Shown: positions 10,531 through 21,530 of the stretch, piece after piece
How positions within the stretch are numbered: position 1 is the stretch's first letter
Layout: each line of letters begins with the position of its first letter
From: Vulcanimicrobiota bacterium
Lineage (GTDB): Bacteria; Vulcanimicrobiota; Vulcanimicrobiia; Vulcanimicrobiales; Vulcanimicrobiaceae
Assembly: GCA_963714015.1 (NCBI GenBank)
Contig: OY970223.1
Location: forward strand, 1,760,001-1,824,000
DNA: 64,000 nt
Direction of reading: 5' to 3'
The notes under the pieces: model-generated
What the model was told of the DNA's origin: nothing
Databases searched by the model: none
What the model saw: the letters and a program-made list of their open reading frames with translations, nothing else
Made by a program: the position numbers and the translations under genes

Positions 10531-11076
10531 TTGGACAGAGACGAGCCGTACCCCGACCACCTGCGCGAGGCGACCCAAACGATTGAAGAGCTCCGGCGCC
10601 AACGGCGTGAGGAGCTCCCGCGATCGGAAGTGTTCGTCGCGCGTTTTATGCGCGCGGTGGGAAGGCCAAGGACGATCGTGGCCTTCTCGGCGCTTATCCT
10701 TTGCTGGGTGGCTTCGAATCTGGTTCTCGCCCAGACTCACCATAATTTGGACGATCGTTCGTTCAGCCTGCTCAACCTCTTCGCACAGCTCTGCAGCCTC
10801 ATGTTTGCAATCAGCATCTTGAGCTCCCAAAACACGCTGGGACGGATGGATGAAGAACGCACGCGGCTGACTCTCCAGCTCATGCTGATCCTCGATCGCA
10901 AGGTCACAAAACTGCTTAACGACATCGAAGACCTCCGGCGCGTGCAGCCCGAGATCCAAACCAGCGACGAGCCTCACGAGCTGCTCGAGACGACCGACTT
11001 GCACAAAGCGGCGCAGGCGCTCCGCGAAGCCGATGAGAGAGCGCCGCAGCCGGCCGATCGCGAAAGGGCGGACTAA
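10531..11076 (+). CDS. DUF1003-type membrane protein
   Basis: Two TM helices followed by FSLLNL..ILSSQN; start uncertain. Confidence 0.7.
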   Translation: MDRDEPYPDHLREATQTIEELRRQRREELPRSEVFVARFMRAVGRPRTIVAFSALILCWVASNLVLAQTHHNLDDRSFSLLNLFAQLCSLMFAISILSSQNTLGRMDEERTRLTLQLMLILDRKVTKLLNDIEDLRRVQPEIQTSDEPHELLETTDLHKAAQALREADERAPQPADRERAD

Positions 11077-11104
11077 TCCCCGTCAGCACCGAAGCATCGG
11101 GTCC

Positions 11105-11626
11105 GTGAGATTATCGCGGGCCCTTTCTTTAATTGTACTGTTGGCCGCAATCGCCGCGGTTTGGTGGTATTTCACCGCGCATCGAAACAGCCCGGTCGGC
11201 GATCACATCACTGTCTATTACACAAAGGCCGACGGCAGCACCGAGGTCCCGTGGAGCGTTTCGATGCGCCCGGAGCAGCCGGGGGAAAGCGCGGCCGAAC
11301 ATCTGCAAAATGCGGTTCTCTATGCGGCTACGCAAGCCGTTGCGGGCCCGCCGAGCAATGTCGCTGCGATCCGGTTTCCGGCCGGAACGCATGTGCTGTC
11401 CGCCGGCGTTAAGTCTTCGACGGCTACGGTCGATTTATCGAGGAGCGTCGTCAGTCCGCAGGCCGGCGTACTGGGCGAAAGCGGGGAGTTCAAAGCGCTC
11501 GTTTGGACGCTCACAGCGCTTCCCGGAATCGATCGCGTCGCCGTGACCATTCAGGGTCAGAACCTGCAAACTTTGCCGGGGGGGCATCTTGAGTCTGATG
11601 AACCGTTACGCCGCTCTGATTGGTAG
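11105..11626 (+). CDS. GerMN domain protein
   Basis: N-terminal TM helix; ATVDLS and LVWTLTALPGIDRVAVTIQG; upstream of amidase and murI. Confidence 0.85.
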   Translation: MRLSRALSLIVLLAAIAAVWWYFTAHRNSPVGDHITVYYTKADGSTEVPWSVSMRPEQPGESAAEHLQNAVLYAATQAVAGPPSNVAAIRFPAGTHVLSAGVKSSTATVDLSRSVVSPQAGVLGESGEFKALVWTLTALPGIDRVAVTIQGQNLQTLPGGHLESDEPLRRSDW

Positions 11627-13493
11627 CACATGTGCATTGGCGCTGACAGCCCTCGCCGCTCCGGTTTTTGCGGCCGATCGAGAAGTCTTCGTCTTTCAAG
11701 GTAAGCACGTCGCGCTAACGCAGATCGTCGAGCGTTCGGGAGACCAGGCAGTCTGGATCGGCGATCCTGGTTTGCAGACGCTCTTCAACGACGTGGGAGC
11801 GACGGTGACATATCAGCAGGGCGGGCGCTACGTGCTGATCACCACCGGGGAGCCCCTCGTAATCAGCTTCGCGATCGGCGATACGCGTTATGACGTAGGT
11901 CCGGTTACGGAAAACGCCGCCTTCGCGCCGTTCACGTCCGGCGGCCGCGCGTACGTTCCGCTGAGTGAATTGCTTCAGGGTCTCGATCTCGCCGTAAAAG
12001 CTTCAAGCGAGGGCGACGTTCTTCAACCGCAGCTGACCTCTTTGGATCTGCAGAGTGACGCCGGCGGCACGAAACTCGTTGCGCACGGCGGCATTCCCCT
12101 CGACGCGCGTATCGTTTCGCAGTCCGCCGATCGAATGGTCGTTGCGTTCGACGGCGTCGGCAGCACGCTGCCGCCTTCGCGCGCGCTGGACGGGGGCGCC
12201 GTGAGGCGTATCGACGTGCGGACTCAAGGCACCCCCGAGAACCCGCAGACAATCGTTACGCTCGCGCTTGCGCCCGGAACGCCGCGTTCTTCGCTCGGAA
12301 CGGACGATCAGCGCGACGTGACGATCGGCTTCGACGGTTCCGAGCCGTCACAGGCGATCGCCCAAAACAACCCCGCACCCAATGCCGAGCCGACCGACAA
12401 CGGCCAGGCGACGCAAGCGCAAACGCCGGCGCCGCCGGAGCAGCTCCCGCCCTCGCCTGCGCAACTCGCGCAAGTTACGGGCCTGCAGACGCAGCAGCAA
12501 AACGGTAACGTGGTCGTTCGCGTCGCGGTCGACGGTGCGGCCGGTTATGACTGGCATCGCTTGCGTCCGCCGGACAACCGTTGGTGGATCGACATCCACG
12601 GCGCCCGTCTGACGGCGCCGAGCGATGCGCCCGTAAATGGTGCCGTCACCGACGTTCGATCGCATCAAGAGAACGCGGACACTGTGCGGGTTGCGCTCTC
12701 ACTGGCCGATTATGACGTCGTGACGGTGGCACCGGACAATTCCGGCGTCACGATCACCGTGAGCAATCGAGCGGCCGACGTCGCATCCGAACCACGATCC
12801 GGATCGGGAAGCATCGGAGAAAACGCGGTCGCGCAAGTGCAACCCGTCGCTTCGTCAGGCTGGAAGTTCGCACCACGTGGTCCGCAGTCAACGTACGTCG
12901 CGCCAAACCCGCGGCTCATCGTCATCGATCCGGGTCACGGCGGCAGCGACTTCGGCGCGATCCGCGGAGACATGAACGAGAAGACGCTCAATCTGGACAT
13001 GTCCAAACGCCTGCGGGATATTCTGGTAGCGCGCGGTTGGCAGGTCGTCATGACGCGTGACGACGACCGGGACGTCTATGCCGCGAACGATACCGCCCAA
13101 CAGGAACTTCAAGCCCGCGACGACATCGCGAATGCTCAAGGAGCTCGTCTGCTGGTGAGTCTGCATTCGAACAGCTTCATCAACGATGGTCCCCACGGCA
13201 CGACCGTCTATTACTATAAGGGGGACGACTACACTCTGGCTCAAGATCTGGATCGCCGGATCGCTTCCGAACTGGGCATCTACAACGACGGCGTGATCAA
13301 GGACAAATTCTACATCATCAATCACGCGAACATGCCGGCCGCTCTAGTCGAGTCCGCATTCCTTTCGAACCCGGACGATCGTGCACTGCTCGCATCGCCC
13401 GCTTGGCGCCAGAAGATCGCGCAAGCAATTGCGGACGGCATTGAAGATTATGCCGGACCGGCCCCGCCCGCGTCCTCCGTCAGCGATAGATAG
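11598..13493 (+). CDS. N-acetylmuramoyl-L-alanine amidase (Amidase_3) with N-terminal AMIN-like domains
   Basis: Signal peptide; IVIDPGHGG, EKTLNL, VSLHSN and LVESAFLSN motifs. Confidence 0.92.
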   Translation: MNRYAALIGSTCALALTALAAPVFAADREVFVFQGKHVALTQIVERSGDQAVWIGDPGLQTLFNDVGATVTYQQGGRYVLITTGEPLVISFAIGDTRYDVGPVTENAAFAPFTSGGRAYVPLSELLQGLDLAVKASSEGDVLQPQLTSLDLQSDAGGTKLVAHGGIPLDARIVSQSADRMVVAFDGVGSTLPPSRALDGGAVRRIDVRTQGTPENPQTIVTLALAPGTPRSSLGTDDQRDVTIGFDGSEPSQAIAQNNPAPNAEPTDNGQATQAQTPAPPEQLPPSPAQLAQVTGLQTQQQNGNVVVRVAVDGAAGYDWHRLRPPDNRWWIDIHGARLTAPSDAPVNGAVTDVRSHQENADTVRVALSLADYDVVTVAPDNSGVTITVSNRAADVASEPRSGSGSIGENAVAQVQPVASSGWKFAPRGPQSTYVAPNPRLIVIDPGHGGSDFGAIRGDMNEKTLNLDMSKRLRDILVARGWQVVMTRDDDRDVYAANDTAQQELQARDDIANAQGARLLVSLHSNSFINDGPHGTTVYYYKGDDYTLAQDLDRRIASELGIYNDGVIKDKFYIINHANMPAALVESAFLSNPDDRALLASPAWRQKIAQAIADGIEDYAGPAPPASSVSDR

Positions 13494-13506
13494 TGACGTC
13501 GCGCTA

Positions 13507-14319
13507 GTGCTGGGCCTGTTCGACTCCGGACTGGGCGGACTCACCGTTCTGCGCAATCTGCGCGCGCGTCTGCCGCGCGCCGATCTGTTTTTTTTCGCCG
13601 ATCAGGCGCACGCGCCTTACGGCGATCGCCGGCCCGACGACCTCGTGCGATTGATGCACGGCAATCTGACTTGGCTGGACGAACTCGGCGTCGACGGGAT
13701 CGTGATGGCCTGCAATACGTCGTGCGCAATGGGCGAGAGTTATGGGTGGCCGCCGCTCAGCGTACCGGTGATCGACTTAATCGAATCCGCGGCTCTCGCC
13801 GTCGAATCCGCCGGTGTGGGGCGCGTTGGGATCGTCGCAACCACGGCAACCGTCCGCAGCAGCGCCTATCCGCGACGAATCAACGCGCGCGTTCCAACCG
13901 CGCATATCGTTCAAATCGCGGCACCAAAACTCGTGCCGCTCGTGGAGGCTGGGATGCTTCACGGCGAAGAGCCGCGCAGCGCGGTTCAAGAGGTCTGTGC
14001 CCAGCTTCCCAATGACGTCGAAGCCATCGTCCTGGCCTGCACGCACTATCCGCTTTTGGACGAGCATTTTGAAGCCGCGCTGGGGCCGCGGATCCTTCGG
14101 CTCGATCCGGCCACGCTTCAGGCGGAGCGCGCTGCCGAGTTGTTGGGCGATTGCGCCGGCGGAAACGGCGCGGCGGAGTGCGTTACGAACGGCGATCTCG
14201 CCGTGTTCCGGTCGCGCCTTGCGGAGCTGGTGCCGGAGATTCCGGCCCAGGCCCGGCACGTGGACGAAGTACGCTACTTAGCCCGAATTTCGAACGCCTC
14301 CGCGGCGCCCGAAATCTGA
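13507..14319 (+). CDS. murI: Glutamate racemase
   Basis: FDSGLGGLTV, PYG, ACNTS and LACTHYP motifs. Confidence 0.95.
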   Translation: MLGLFDSGLGGLTVLRNLRARLPRADLFFFADQAHAPYGDRRPDDLVRLMHGNLTWLDELGVDGIVMACNTSCAMGESYGWPPLSVPVIDLIESAALAVESAGVGRVGIVATTATVRSSAYPRRINARVPTAHIVQIAAPKLVPLVEAGMLHGEEPRSAVQEVCAQLPNDVEAIVLACTHYPLLDEHFEAALGPRILRLDPATLQAERAAELLGDCAGGNGAAECVTNGDLAVFRSRLAELVPEIPAQARHVDEVRYLARISNASAAPEI

Positions 14320-14567
14320 AGCACCTTGGCGATTATCGGCGGCACGTTCAACAGGCGCATCTGCGCCTGGGGATGACGGCGAGCCAGGCGGTGACGCGTC
14401 GTCAGAAGCAAACCGACAGCGCCGGCGTCCATGAACGTCGTCTTGCGAAAATCGATGTCGACGTCGCCGTCCAGCGGCAGCCGGTCCAACTCCGTACGAA
14501 GTTCTTCCCTGCGGAAAACGTCGTATTCGCCGCCGTTAAGAACGGCAACCCGAACGTTCACGGGCAT
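14274..14567 (-). CDS. STAS-domain (anti-anti-sigma-like) protein
   Basis: GEYD..IDFRKTTFMDAGAVGLL; AAGGA RBS; upstream TTGCAC-N18-TATGCT. Confidence 0.8.
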   Translation of the reverse strand: MPVNVRVAVLNGGEYDVFRREELRTELDRLPLDGDVDIDFRKTTFMDAGAVGLLLTTRHRLARRHPQAQMRLLNVPPIIAKVLQISGAAEAFEIRAK

Positions 14568-14649
14568 TACATCCTTCTCCCCAGCTCAGCATACCGCCGC
14601 CAAGCGAGCGAGTGCAACGACTTTTTGTAGAAAGTTTCGGGATTCGGTC

Positions 14650-15303
14650 TTAATACCAGACCGACGTGCGGATGTGGAAAAGGTAGAAGAAGAGCATCAC
14701 GCTGACCGCACCGAGGGCCGCCCCGGCAACGACTTGGCCTAGCGTGTGAGCCTTCAAGTAGACCCGCGCCCAGCAAACGGAAGGGATCAGCACCAGAAAC
14801 GGCAGCGGCTGACGTCCGTAGAGAATCGTTAGCGCAACCAGCGGCGCCGTAATGCCCAACGCGTGCGTACTAATCTTCCAGTATCTCGTGATGTATTGCA
14901 CGACGATCGTCGCGAGCGTGTAACCGGCGAGCGTTGCAATCAGCAGTTTGGGCGAATGCGTTAGCCACAAAACGATCGTGCCGATGAGATAAAAAACGAC
15001 GAAGACGCCGAAGACCTTCTCTCGCTCCTCGCGGATCGACATATCCAGATCGGAGATCCGGTCCGTGGCGTATAGCCAAAAAATAAAGAGCATCGGGCCG
15101 ATAGAGGTGAAGAACGTGGAGAGGAAGAGCAACCACCAAAAGTCGTCGGTGGATCCGGCGATCGCGTGCGAAAGAATCGTGAACAGCGCTATCGCCGTGA
15201 GAAACGGATTGAAGATCGTGGAAAGAATTCGCGCCAAGTCGCGCCAGACGCGCCGGTTTTTGATGGGTACGGACGCGAGCGGACGCCGTTCGAGCACAAA
15301 CAT
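14650..15303 (-). CDS. PAP2-like membrane phosphoesterase
   Basis: WKISTH and WARVYLKAHTLGQVVAG motifs; hydrophobic. Confidence 0.75.
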   Translation of the reverse strand: MFVLERRPLASVPIKNRRVWRDLARILSTIFNPFLTAIALFTILSHAIAGSTDDFWWLLFLSTFFTSIGPMLFIFWLYATDRISDLDMSIREEREKVFGVFVVFYLIGTIVLWLTHSPKLLIATLAGYTLATIVVQYITRYWKISTHALGITAPLVALTILYGRQPLPFLVLIPSVCWARVYLKAHTLGQVVAGAALGAVSVMLFFYLFHIRTSVWY

Positions 15304-15392
15304 CTACTAAACCGCGGCAGGAGGGGTTCCTGCTTGCCTGCTAGGCCCAAGGGGACAAATGTTAAGGGTGTGTCGAATGGCCCCCCACTAGT

Positions 15393-17285
15393 ATGCTTCT
15401 GGAACGAATCGATTCGCCCGCCGATCTTAAGAAACTCACCCGTACCGAAATAGACAAGCTGGCTCAGGAGATTCGCGAAAGTCTCATTGCGGTCTGCGCC
15501 GTGAACGGCGGACACTTGGCGCCCAATCTGGGCGTGGTCGAGCTTACGCTGGCGCTTCATCGGGTTCTCGATCCGCCCGCCGATCGGGTTGTCTGGGACG
15601 TCAGCCATCAGGCCTACGTTCACAAAATCCTTACCGGACGGCGCGGCCGCTTCCCTACGATTCGCAAGGGCGGCGGTCTTTCGGGATTCGCAATGCGTTC
15701 CGAGTCCGAGTACGACTGTTTCGGCGCAGGCCACGCGAGTACGAGCGTGTCGGCGGCGCTCGGCATGGCCAAGGCGCGCGACCTTGCCAAGCGCACCGAG
15801 ACGATCGTCGCAGTGCTCGGCGACGGAGCGCTCACCGGCGGACTTGCGTACGAGGCGCTCAATAACGCCGGCCAGATGCGAGCGAATTTCATCGTGATCC
15901 TGAACGACAACGAGATGTCGATCGCACCGAACGTCGGATCGATCGCATCGTATCTCTCCGTGCTGCGCAGCAAGCCAATCGCCAACCTTGCGAGGCGCAC
16001 CGGAAAACAGGTGCTCGATGCGATTCCGCTCGGCGGTATGGCGAAGAAGGCAATCGAATCCGCCGAACTCGGAGCGATGCGGTTTATCGCGCCGGCCGAA
16101 AAGGCCGCAGTGATCTTCGAAGAGCTCGGCTTCCGCTACATCGGACCGGTGGACGGACACAATTTCGACGCGCTGGTGGATGCGCTTCAGACGGCACAGG
16201 CCATTCCTCGCGCGGTGCTGCTCCACGTGCGCACCGTCAAGGGCAAGGGATATGAGCCGGCGGAACGCGATTCGAGGACTTTCCACGGGCTGGGCGCGTT
16301 CGACAAAGCGAACGGGCAAGTGATCAAAAAGCCGGATGCGCCGCTGACGTTCTCGCAAGCATTCGGCGAAGCGATGGTTCAGGTCGCGCAGCGCGATTCC
16401 AAAGTGATCGGCATCACCGCGGCAATGCCGGACGGGACGGGACTGGCGAAGTTCGGCAAAGCGTTCCCGGATCGTTATTTCGACGTCGGCATCGCCGAAG
16501 CGCACGCCGTCTGCTTTGCAGCCGGCGCGGCGACGAGCGGCCTCAAGCCGGTGTGCGCGATATACTCCACGTTTCTGCAGCGCGCGTACGATCAGATCGT
16601 ACACGACGTGTGCATCCAAAATCTTCCCGTCGTCTTTTGCATGGATCGCGCGGGCTTCGTCGGGGACGACGGTCCGACGCACATGGGGCTGTACGACATC
16701 GCGTATCTGCGCACGCTGCCCAATATCACGGTCATGGCGCCGCGCCACGAAAGCGAGCTGCTGCCCATGCTCGAGCATGCGCTTGCGCTCGGAGCGCCCG
16801 CTGCCATCAGGTATCCGCGCGGATCCACGTCGGGGAAATACGCTCAGCCGCCCACGCCCATCGTCCAAGGCCGGGCCGAGGTACTGCGCGAGGGCTCCGG
16901 CGTGGCGATTCTGGCCTATGGCAACACTGTCGACGTAGCGCTCGAATCTTACGACTTGGCCAAAGACCGGGGCGAGGTATTGCCGACGGTCGTCAACATG
17001 CGCTTCGTCAAGCCCCTCGACGAGGCGCTTTTGATGGAGCTGGACCAGCGGCACTCGCACGTTCTTACCTTAGAAGAACACTCGCTCGCAGGCGGCTTCG
17101 GCTCGGCGGTGGTAGAGTTCATCTCCGATCACGGATTGAATCTCTGCGTCGAACGGATCGGCGTTCCGAACAACGCGCTCGTTCAGCACGAGGCCCAGCC
17201 CAAGCAGCGGTCACTCTTCGGTCTCACGGGCGAACATGTGGCCGCGCGCGCCGCGAGCGTTCTTGTGGCTCGGGTCCGTCCGTGA
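15393..17285 (+). CDS. dxs: 1-deoxy-D-xylulose-5-phosphate synthase
   Basis: GGHLAPNLGVVEL, GDGALTGG..NDN ThDP motif, YSTFLQRAYDQ, DGPTH. Confidence 0.97.
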   Translation: MLLERIDSPADLKKLTRTEIDKLAQEIRESLIAVCAVNGGHLAPNLGVVELTLALHRVLDPPADRVVWDVSHQAYVHKILTGRRGRFPTIRKGGGLSGFAMRSESEYDCFGAGHASTSVSAALGMAKARDLAKRTETIVAVLGDGALTGGLAYEALNNAGQMRANFIVILNDNEMSIAPNVGSIASYLSVLRSKPIANLARRTGKQVLDAIPLGGMAKKAIESAELGAMRFIAPAEKAAVIFEELGFRYIGPVDGHNFDALVDALQTAQAIPRAVLLHVRTVKGKGYEPAERDSRTFHGLGAFDKANGQVIKKPDAPLTFSQAFGEAMVQVAQRDSKVIGITAAMPDGTGLAKFGKAFPDRYFDVGIAEAHAVCFAAGAATSGLKPVCAIYSTFLQRAYDQIVHDVCIQNLPVVFCMDRAGFVGDDGPTHMGLYDIAYLRTLPNITVMAPRHESELLPMLEHALALGAPAAIRYPRGSTSGKYAQPPTPIVQGRAEVLREGSGVAILAYGNTVDVALESYDLAKDRGEVLPTVVNMRFVKPLDEALLMELDQRHSHVLTLEEHSLAGGFGSAVVEFISDHGLNLCVERIGVPNNALVQHEAQPKQRSLFGLTGEHVAARAASVLVARVRP

Positions 17286-17325
17286 TAAAATCGTCCAGTT
17301 TTTCAGTCCGCGTAGGAGAACCCGT

Positions 17326-17679
17326 TTGATTTCAGCCCTGCTTGCTGCCGCAGCCCCTGTAAAGGCCGCGGCTACCGCCATACCGCAGGCCGCAGTGCCG
17401 CCCGCAGCGGCCGCCGTCCCTCACCTGACCGTCTTTCAGCTGCACTACGGCTGGCTGACGCACATCCTCGCCGCCCTGTTCATTATCACGGCGTTGCTGC
17501 TCATCGTCCTTCTGGCGGCCCAGACGACCAAGCAAGAGGGCCTCTCGGGGTCCATCGGCGGCGCCGTTCAGTCCGCGTACGGCCGCCCGGGAGCCGAAGA
17601 ACAGCTCAAGCGCTTCACCGGCATGATGGCCGTCGGCTTCGTCGTTCTCGGAACGATCCTCTCACTCACCGGAATCTGA
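17326..17679 (+). CDS. secG: Preprotein translocase subunit SecG
   Basis: TM-QTTKQEGLSGSIGG-TM pattern; AGGAG RBS before TTG at 17326. Confidence 0.8.
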   Translation: MISALLAAAAPVKAAATAIPQAAVPPAAAAVPHLTVFQLHYGWLTHILAALFIITALLLIVLLAAQTTKQEGLSGSIGGAVQSAYGRPGAEEQLKRFTGMMAVGFVVLGTILSLTGI

Positions 17680-17692
17680 GCGCCGCCCGCGC

Positions 17693-18702
<1,010 letters not shown>

Positions 18703-18706
<4 letters not shown>

Positions 18707-19779
18707 ACGGCAAGCCGCTCGTCGAAGTAAAGAACCTCTATAAGTATTTTCCGATTCACGCCGGCTTGCTCTCCCGTCACGTAGCGGACGTCAAAGCCGT
18801 AGACGGCGTCGACTTCGCGATTTCGGCCGGCGAAACGCTTGGTTTGGTCGGCGAATCCGGATCCGGAAAGACGACCGTCGGCCGCGTCATCTTGCGGCTG
18901 TTGACCGCCGGCAGCGGCGAGGTTTGGTTCGACGGACGCAACATCCTCAATTGCACTCGCTCGGAATTGCGCCGCCTGCGCAAAGAGATACAAATCATCT
19001 TTCAGGATCCGTTCGCATCGCTCAATCCGCGCATGACGGTTTCCGATATCGTCGGGGAGCCGCTGCGCATTCACCACCTGGCTTCAGGCAAGGCCGTGCA
19101 GGATCGCGTTCAGGAGTTGCTGCGGGTCGTGGGATTGCAGCCGTATCATGCCAACCGTTACCCTCACGAATTCTCAGGCGGACAGCGTCAGCGCATCGGC
19201 ATCGCGCGCGCGTTGGCCGTAGATCCGAAGTTTATCGTTTGCGACGAGCCGGTTTCCGCACTCGATGTTTCCATTCAAGCGCAGGTGATCAATCTTCTGG
19301 AAGATCTGCAGCAGCAGCTTGGGCTGACGTACTTGTTCATCGCGCACGACTTGTCGGTCGTGCGCCACATCTCGACGCGCGTTGCCGTGATGTACGTCGG
19401 CAAGATCATGGAGCTGGCCGATCGCGACGAGCTCTACGAAAATCCGCTGCACCCGTACACGCAATCGCTGCTCAGCGCGATACCCATTCCGGATCCGCAC
19501 GTCGAGCAGCGCCGCAAGCGCATCGTCCTCACCGGCGACATTCCTTCGCCGGTGAATCCGCCGTCGGGCTGCCGCTTTCACACCCGTTGCCCCATAGCGT
19601 TCGATCGCTGCAAGGCCGAGATTCCCGGGTTCAACGAATACCGGCCCGGGCATTTCGCTGCATGCCACTGGGTGGAAGAACACGGCGGTCAAGCTCCGCA
19701 GATCGCGCAGAAAGTTCCGGTCGCGGCCACCGGTGTCGTCGTCGAGCCCGGTTCGCTCTCCGGCGAAGTCTCAACGTAA
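18703..19779 (+). CDS. oppF: Oligopeptide/dipeptide ABC ATPase (OppF/DppF type)
   Basis: [28 protein letters not shown] start overlaps oppD stop. Confidence 0.92.
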
Positions 19780-19800
19780 CCGAACCCGTCGAAATGCAGT

Positions 19801-19832
19801 GGAACGCAGCGTCCGTGCGGCCGCTGCGTTCC
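19801..19832. terminator. Inverted repeat after oppF (hairpin, no U-tract)
   Basis: GGAACGCAGCG-N10-CGCTGCGTTCC, 11-bp perfect stem. Confidence 0.45.
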
Positions 19833-19990
19833 GGGTCTCTGAGGGGTTGATCCGTTCAAACTAGGGTCTGCTTGTGCTAGGTAGTAAGTGGTAACTGTGA
19901 CACAATGTACCCTGTAGCGCCGACTTTAGTCGTCCTGTGCCTGCCGCGTCGAGGGGCAACCGGGCCCTAACGAAGGTCCGGCGCGTCTCC

Positions 19991-20018
19991 TACGGTCTTC
20001 GAAAGTTTCGGACGATAC
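19991..20018 (+). promoter_or_regulatory. Sigma28-like promoter before PilZ gene
   Basis: TACG-N16-GACGATAC; same pattern before the GGDEF gene and clpC. Confidence 0.45.
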
Positions 20019-20027
20019 TTAGACCAG

Positions 20028-20702
20028 ATGCTCGAGTTGCTTACTTGGTTTGCCGGTAAACCGGAGAACCGCAGGCGCTATCCGCGCCGGGCCGGCGGCT
20101 TTCGGGTTTGGATTGCCTCGGACTCGGGGTGGAACAGCGCCGGCGGGGTGGACATCTCAGCAAGCGGCATGGGGCTTATCGCGCCCTCTAAGTTCGCCAA
20201 AGACGAGGTGAACCTGCGAATCGTCATCGAGAACAAAGCGATCGTCGTGCGCGCGAAACAGGTGTGGTGCATACCGGGAACGCTGCAAGGCAAGCCGGTG
20301 TTCCGGTACGGCGTTCAATACACCGGCATCGGCGCCGACGATTGGGACGCGCTCGTGAGGTTTTGCAACAGCGAGTCCGTGAACGTCGAGAACAAGGCGC
20401 AAAAAGAACTCGAGATGGTGCGCATGCAGGCCGACGACGTCGCGCGGCTGATCCCGACTCGCCTGCAGGAGCGGCTGCTGAACATGCTCGTGCAGTCCCG
20501 TCGCCTCTCGCCGCTCGAAAAAGACAAAATTCCGCTGGTTCAATACGCTTACGGGGGCGTCACCAAGCGCGGGAGCAAGCAGCTTCACCGCTTACAGATC
20601 CACTCCCGCGTCGTGGAAGAGGTCACGGGCGAAACCGTCTCGTTCGACACCCGGTTTCTTTTCGATGAATCGGGTACGGACGTCGAAATGGATAAGAGGT
20701 AA
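20028..20702 (+). CDS. PilZ-domain protein
   Basis: NRRRYPR (RxxxR) and DISASG (DxSxxG) c-di-GMP-binding motifs. Confidence 0.85.
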   Translation: MLELLTWFAGKPENRRRYPRRAGGFRVWIASDSGWNSAGGVDISASGMGLIAPSKFAKDEVNLRIVIENKAIVVRAKQVWCIPGTLQGKPVFRYGVQYTGIGADDWDALVRFCNSESVNVENKAQKELEMVRMQADDVARLIPTRLQERLLNMLVQSRRLSPLEKDKIPLVQYAYGGVTKRGSKQLHRLQIHSRVVEEVTGETVSFDTRFLFDESGTDVEMDKR

Positions 20703-20703
20703 G

Positions 20704-20734
20704 CTCTGAAGGAGCCTCGCGGGCTTTTTCAGAG
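20704..20734 (+). terminator. Hairpin/terminator after PilZ gene
   Basis: CTCTGAAGGAGCC-TCGCG-GGCTTTTTCAGAG. Confidence 0.5.
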
Positions 20735-20743
20735 GTTACGTTA

Positions 20744-21514
20744 GTGACTCAGAACAAGGTCATCGCGGCCGGCCGCCGGATCGAGGCGGCACACGTCCCC
20801 GGAAATTCCAAACTCCCGGTCCTCGTGCTGCTGCACGAAGGCCTTGGATCGGTCGAGCTTTGGAAAGATTTCCCGAACGAACTGGCCGATCGCACGGGTT
20901 GCGCAGTGCTGACGTACTCTCGCTATGGCAACGGCCGTTCGGAAGTATTGAACGAGGCGCGCACCGCGTTGTACATGCACGAAGAAGCGTGCGGAGCGCT
21001 TCCCCAGCTTCTGGACGCCTTCGGCGTGCGCGATCCGGTGCTCGTAGGGCACAGCGACGGTGCTTCGATCGCGCTGATCTATGCGGGGTTGCAAGTCGGC
21101 AGCGTACGGGCAGTGGTCGCCGAAGCTCCGCACGTTTTCGTCGAGGATATCTCCGTGCGCAGTATTGCGCAAGCGCGCGAGGCATACGTAAAGGGCGATC
21201 TGCGGGACCGTTTGGCGCGGTATCATCGCGACGTCGATCGAACCTTTTTCGGCTGGAACGACATCTGGCTCGATCCGGGATTCCGCGCCTGGGATATCCG
21301 GAAAGTCCTTGGGTCAATAGCAGTGCCGATGCTGCTCGTTCAAGGATTGCAGGACGAGTACGGAACGCTTGCGCAGATCGATGCGATCCGCACCGAAGCG
21401 AAATCAGCGCCGGTTGACGCGCTCGTGCTGGCAAATTGCGGTCACGCTCCGCATCGCGACCGGCGGGCGATCGTCTTGGACGCCATTGCCGGTTTTCTCA
21501 GCGGCGTCGTTTGA
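20744..21514 (+). CDS. Alpha/beta hydrolase
   Basis: LHEGLGS, GHSDG nucleophile elbow, QGLQDEYG, GHAPH. Confidence 0.9.
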   Translation: MTQNKVIAAGRRIEAAHVPGNSKLPVLVLLHEGLGSVELWKDFPNELADRTGCAVLTYSRYGNGRSEVLNEARTALYMHEEACGALPQLLDAFGVRDPVLVGHSDGASIALIYAGLQVGSVRAVVAEAPHVFVEDISVRSIAQAREAYVKGDLRDRLARYHRDVDRTFFGWNDIWLDPGFRAWDIRKVLGSIAVPMLLVQGLQDEYGTLAQIDAIRTEAKSAPVDALVLANCGHAPHRDRRAIVLDAIAGFLSGVV

Positions 21515-21530
21515 GGATCGAACTCGGGCA

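Noticed and set aside
15189..17060. Long antisense ORFs opposite dxs, also opposite hutU, hutF and clpC
   Set aside because: Shadow ORFs expected in high-GC coding DNA; no motifs, and they fully overlap well-supported genes.
19945..20010. c-di-GMP-I (GEMM) riboswitch before PilZ gene
   Set aside because: GGGCAA plus a hairpin is only superficially similar; the GNRA loop and GCAAAGC/receptor elements are missing.
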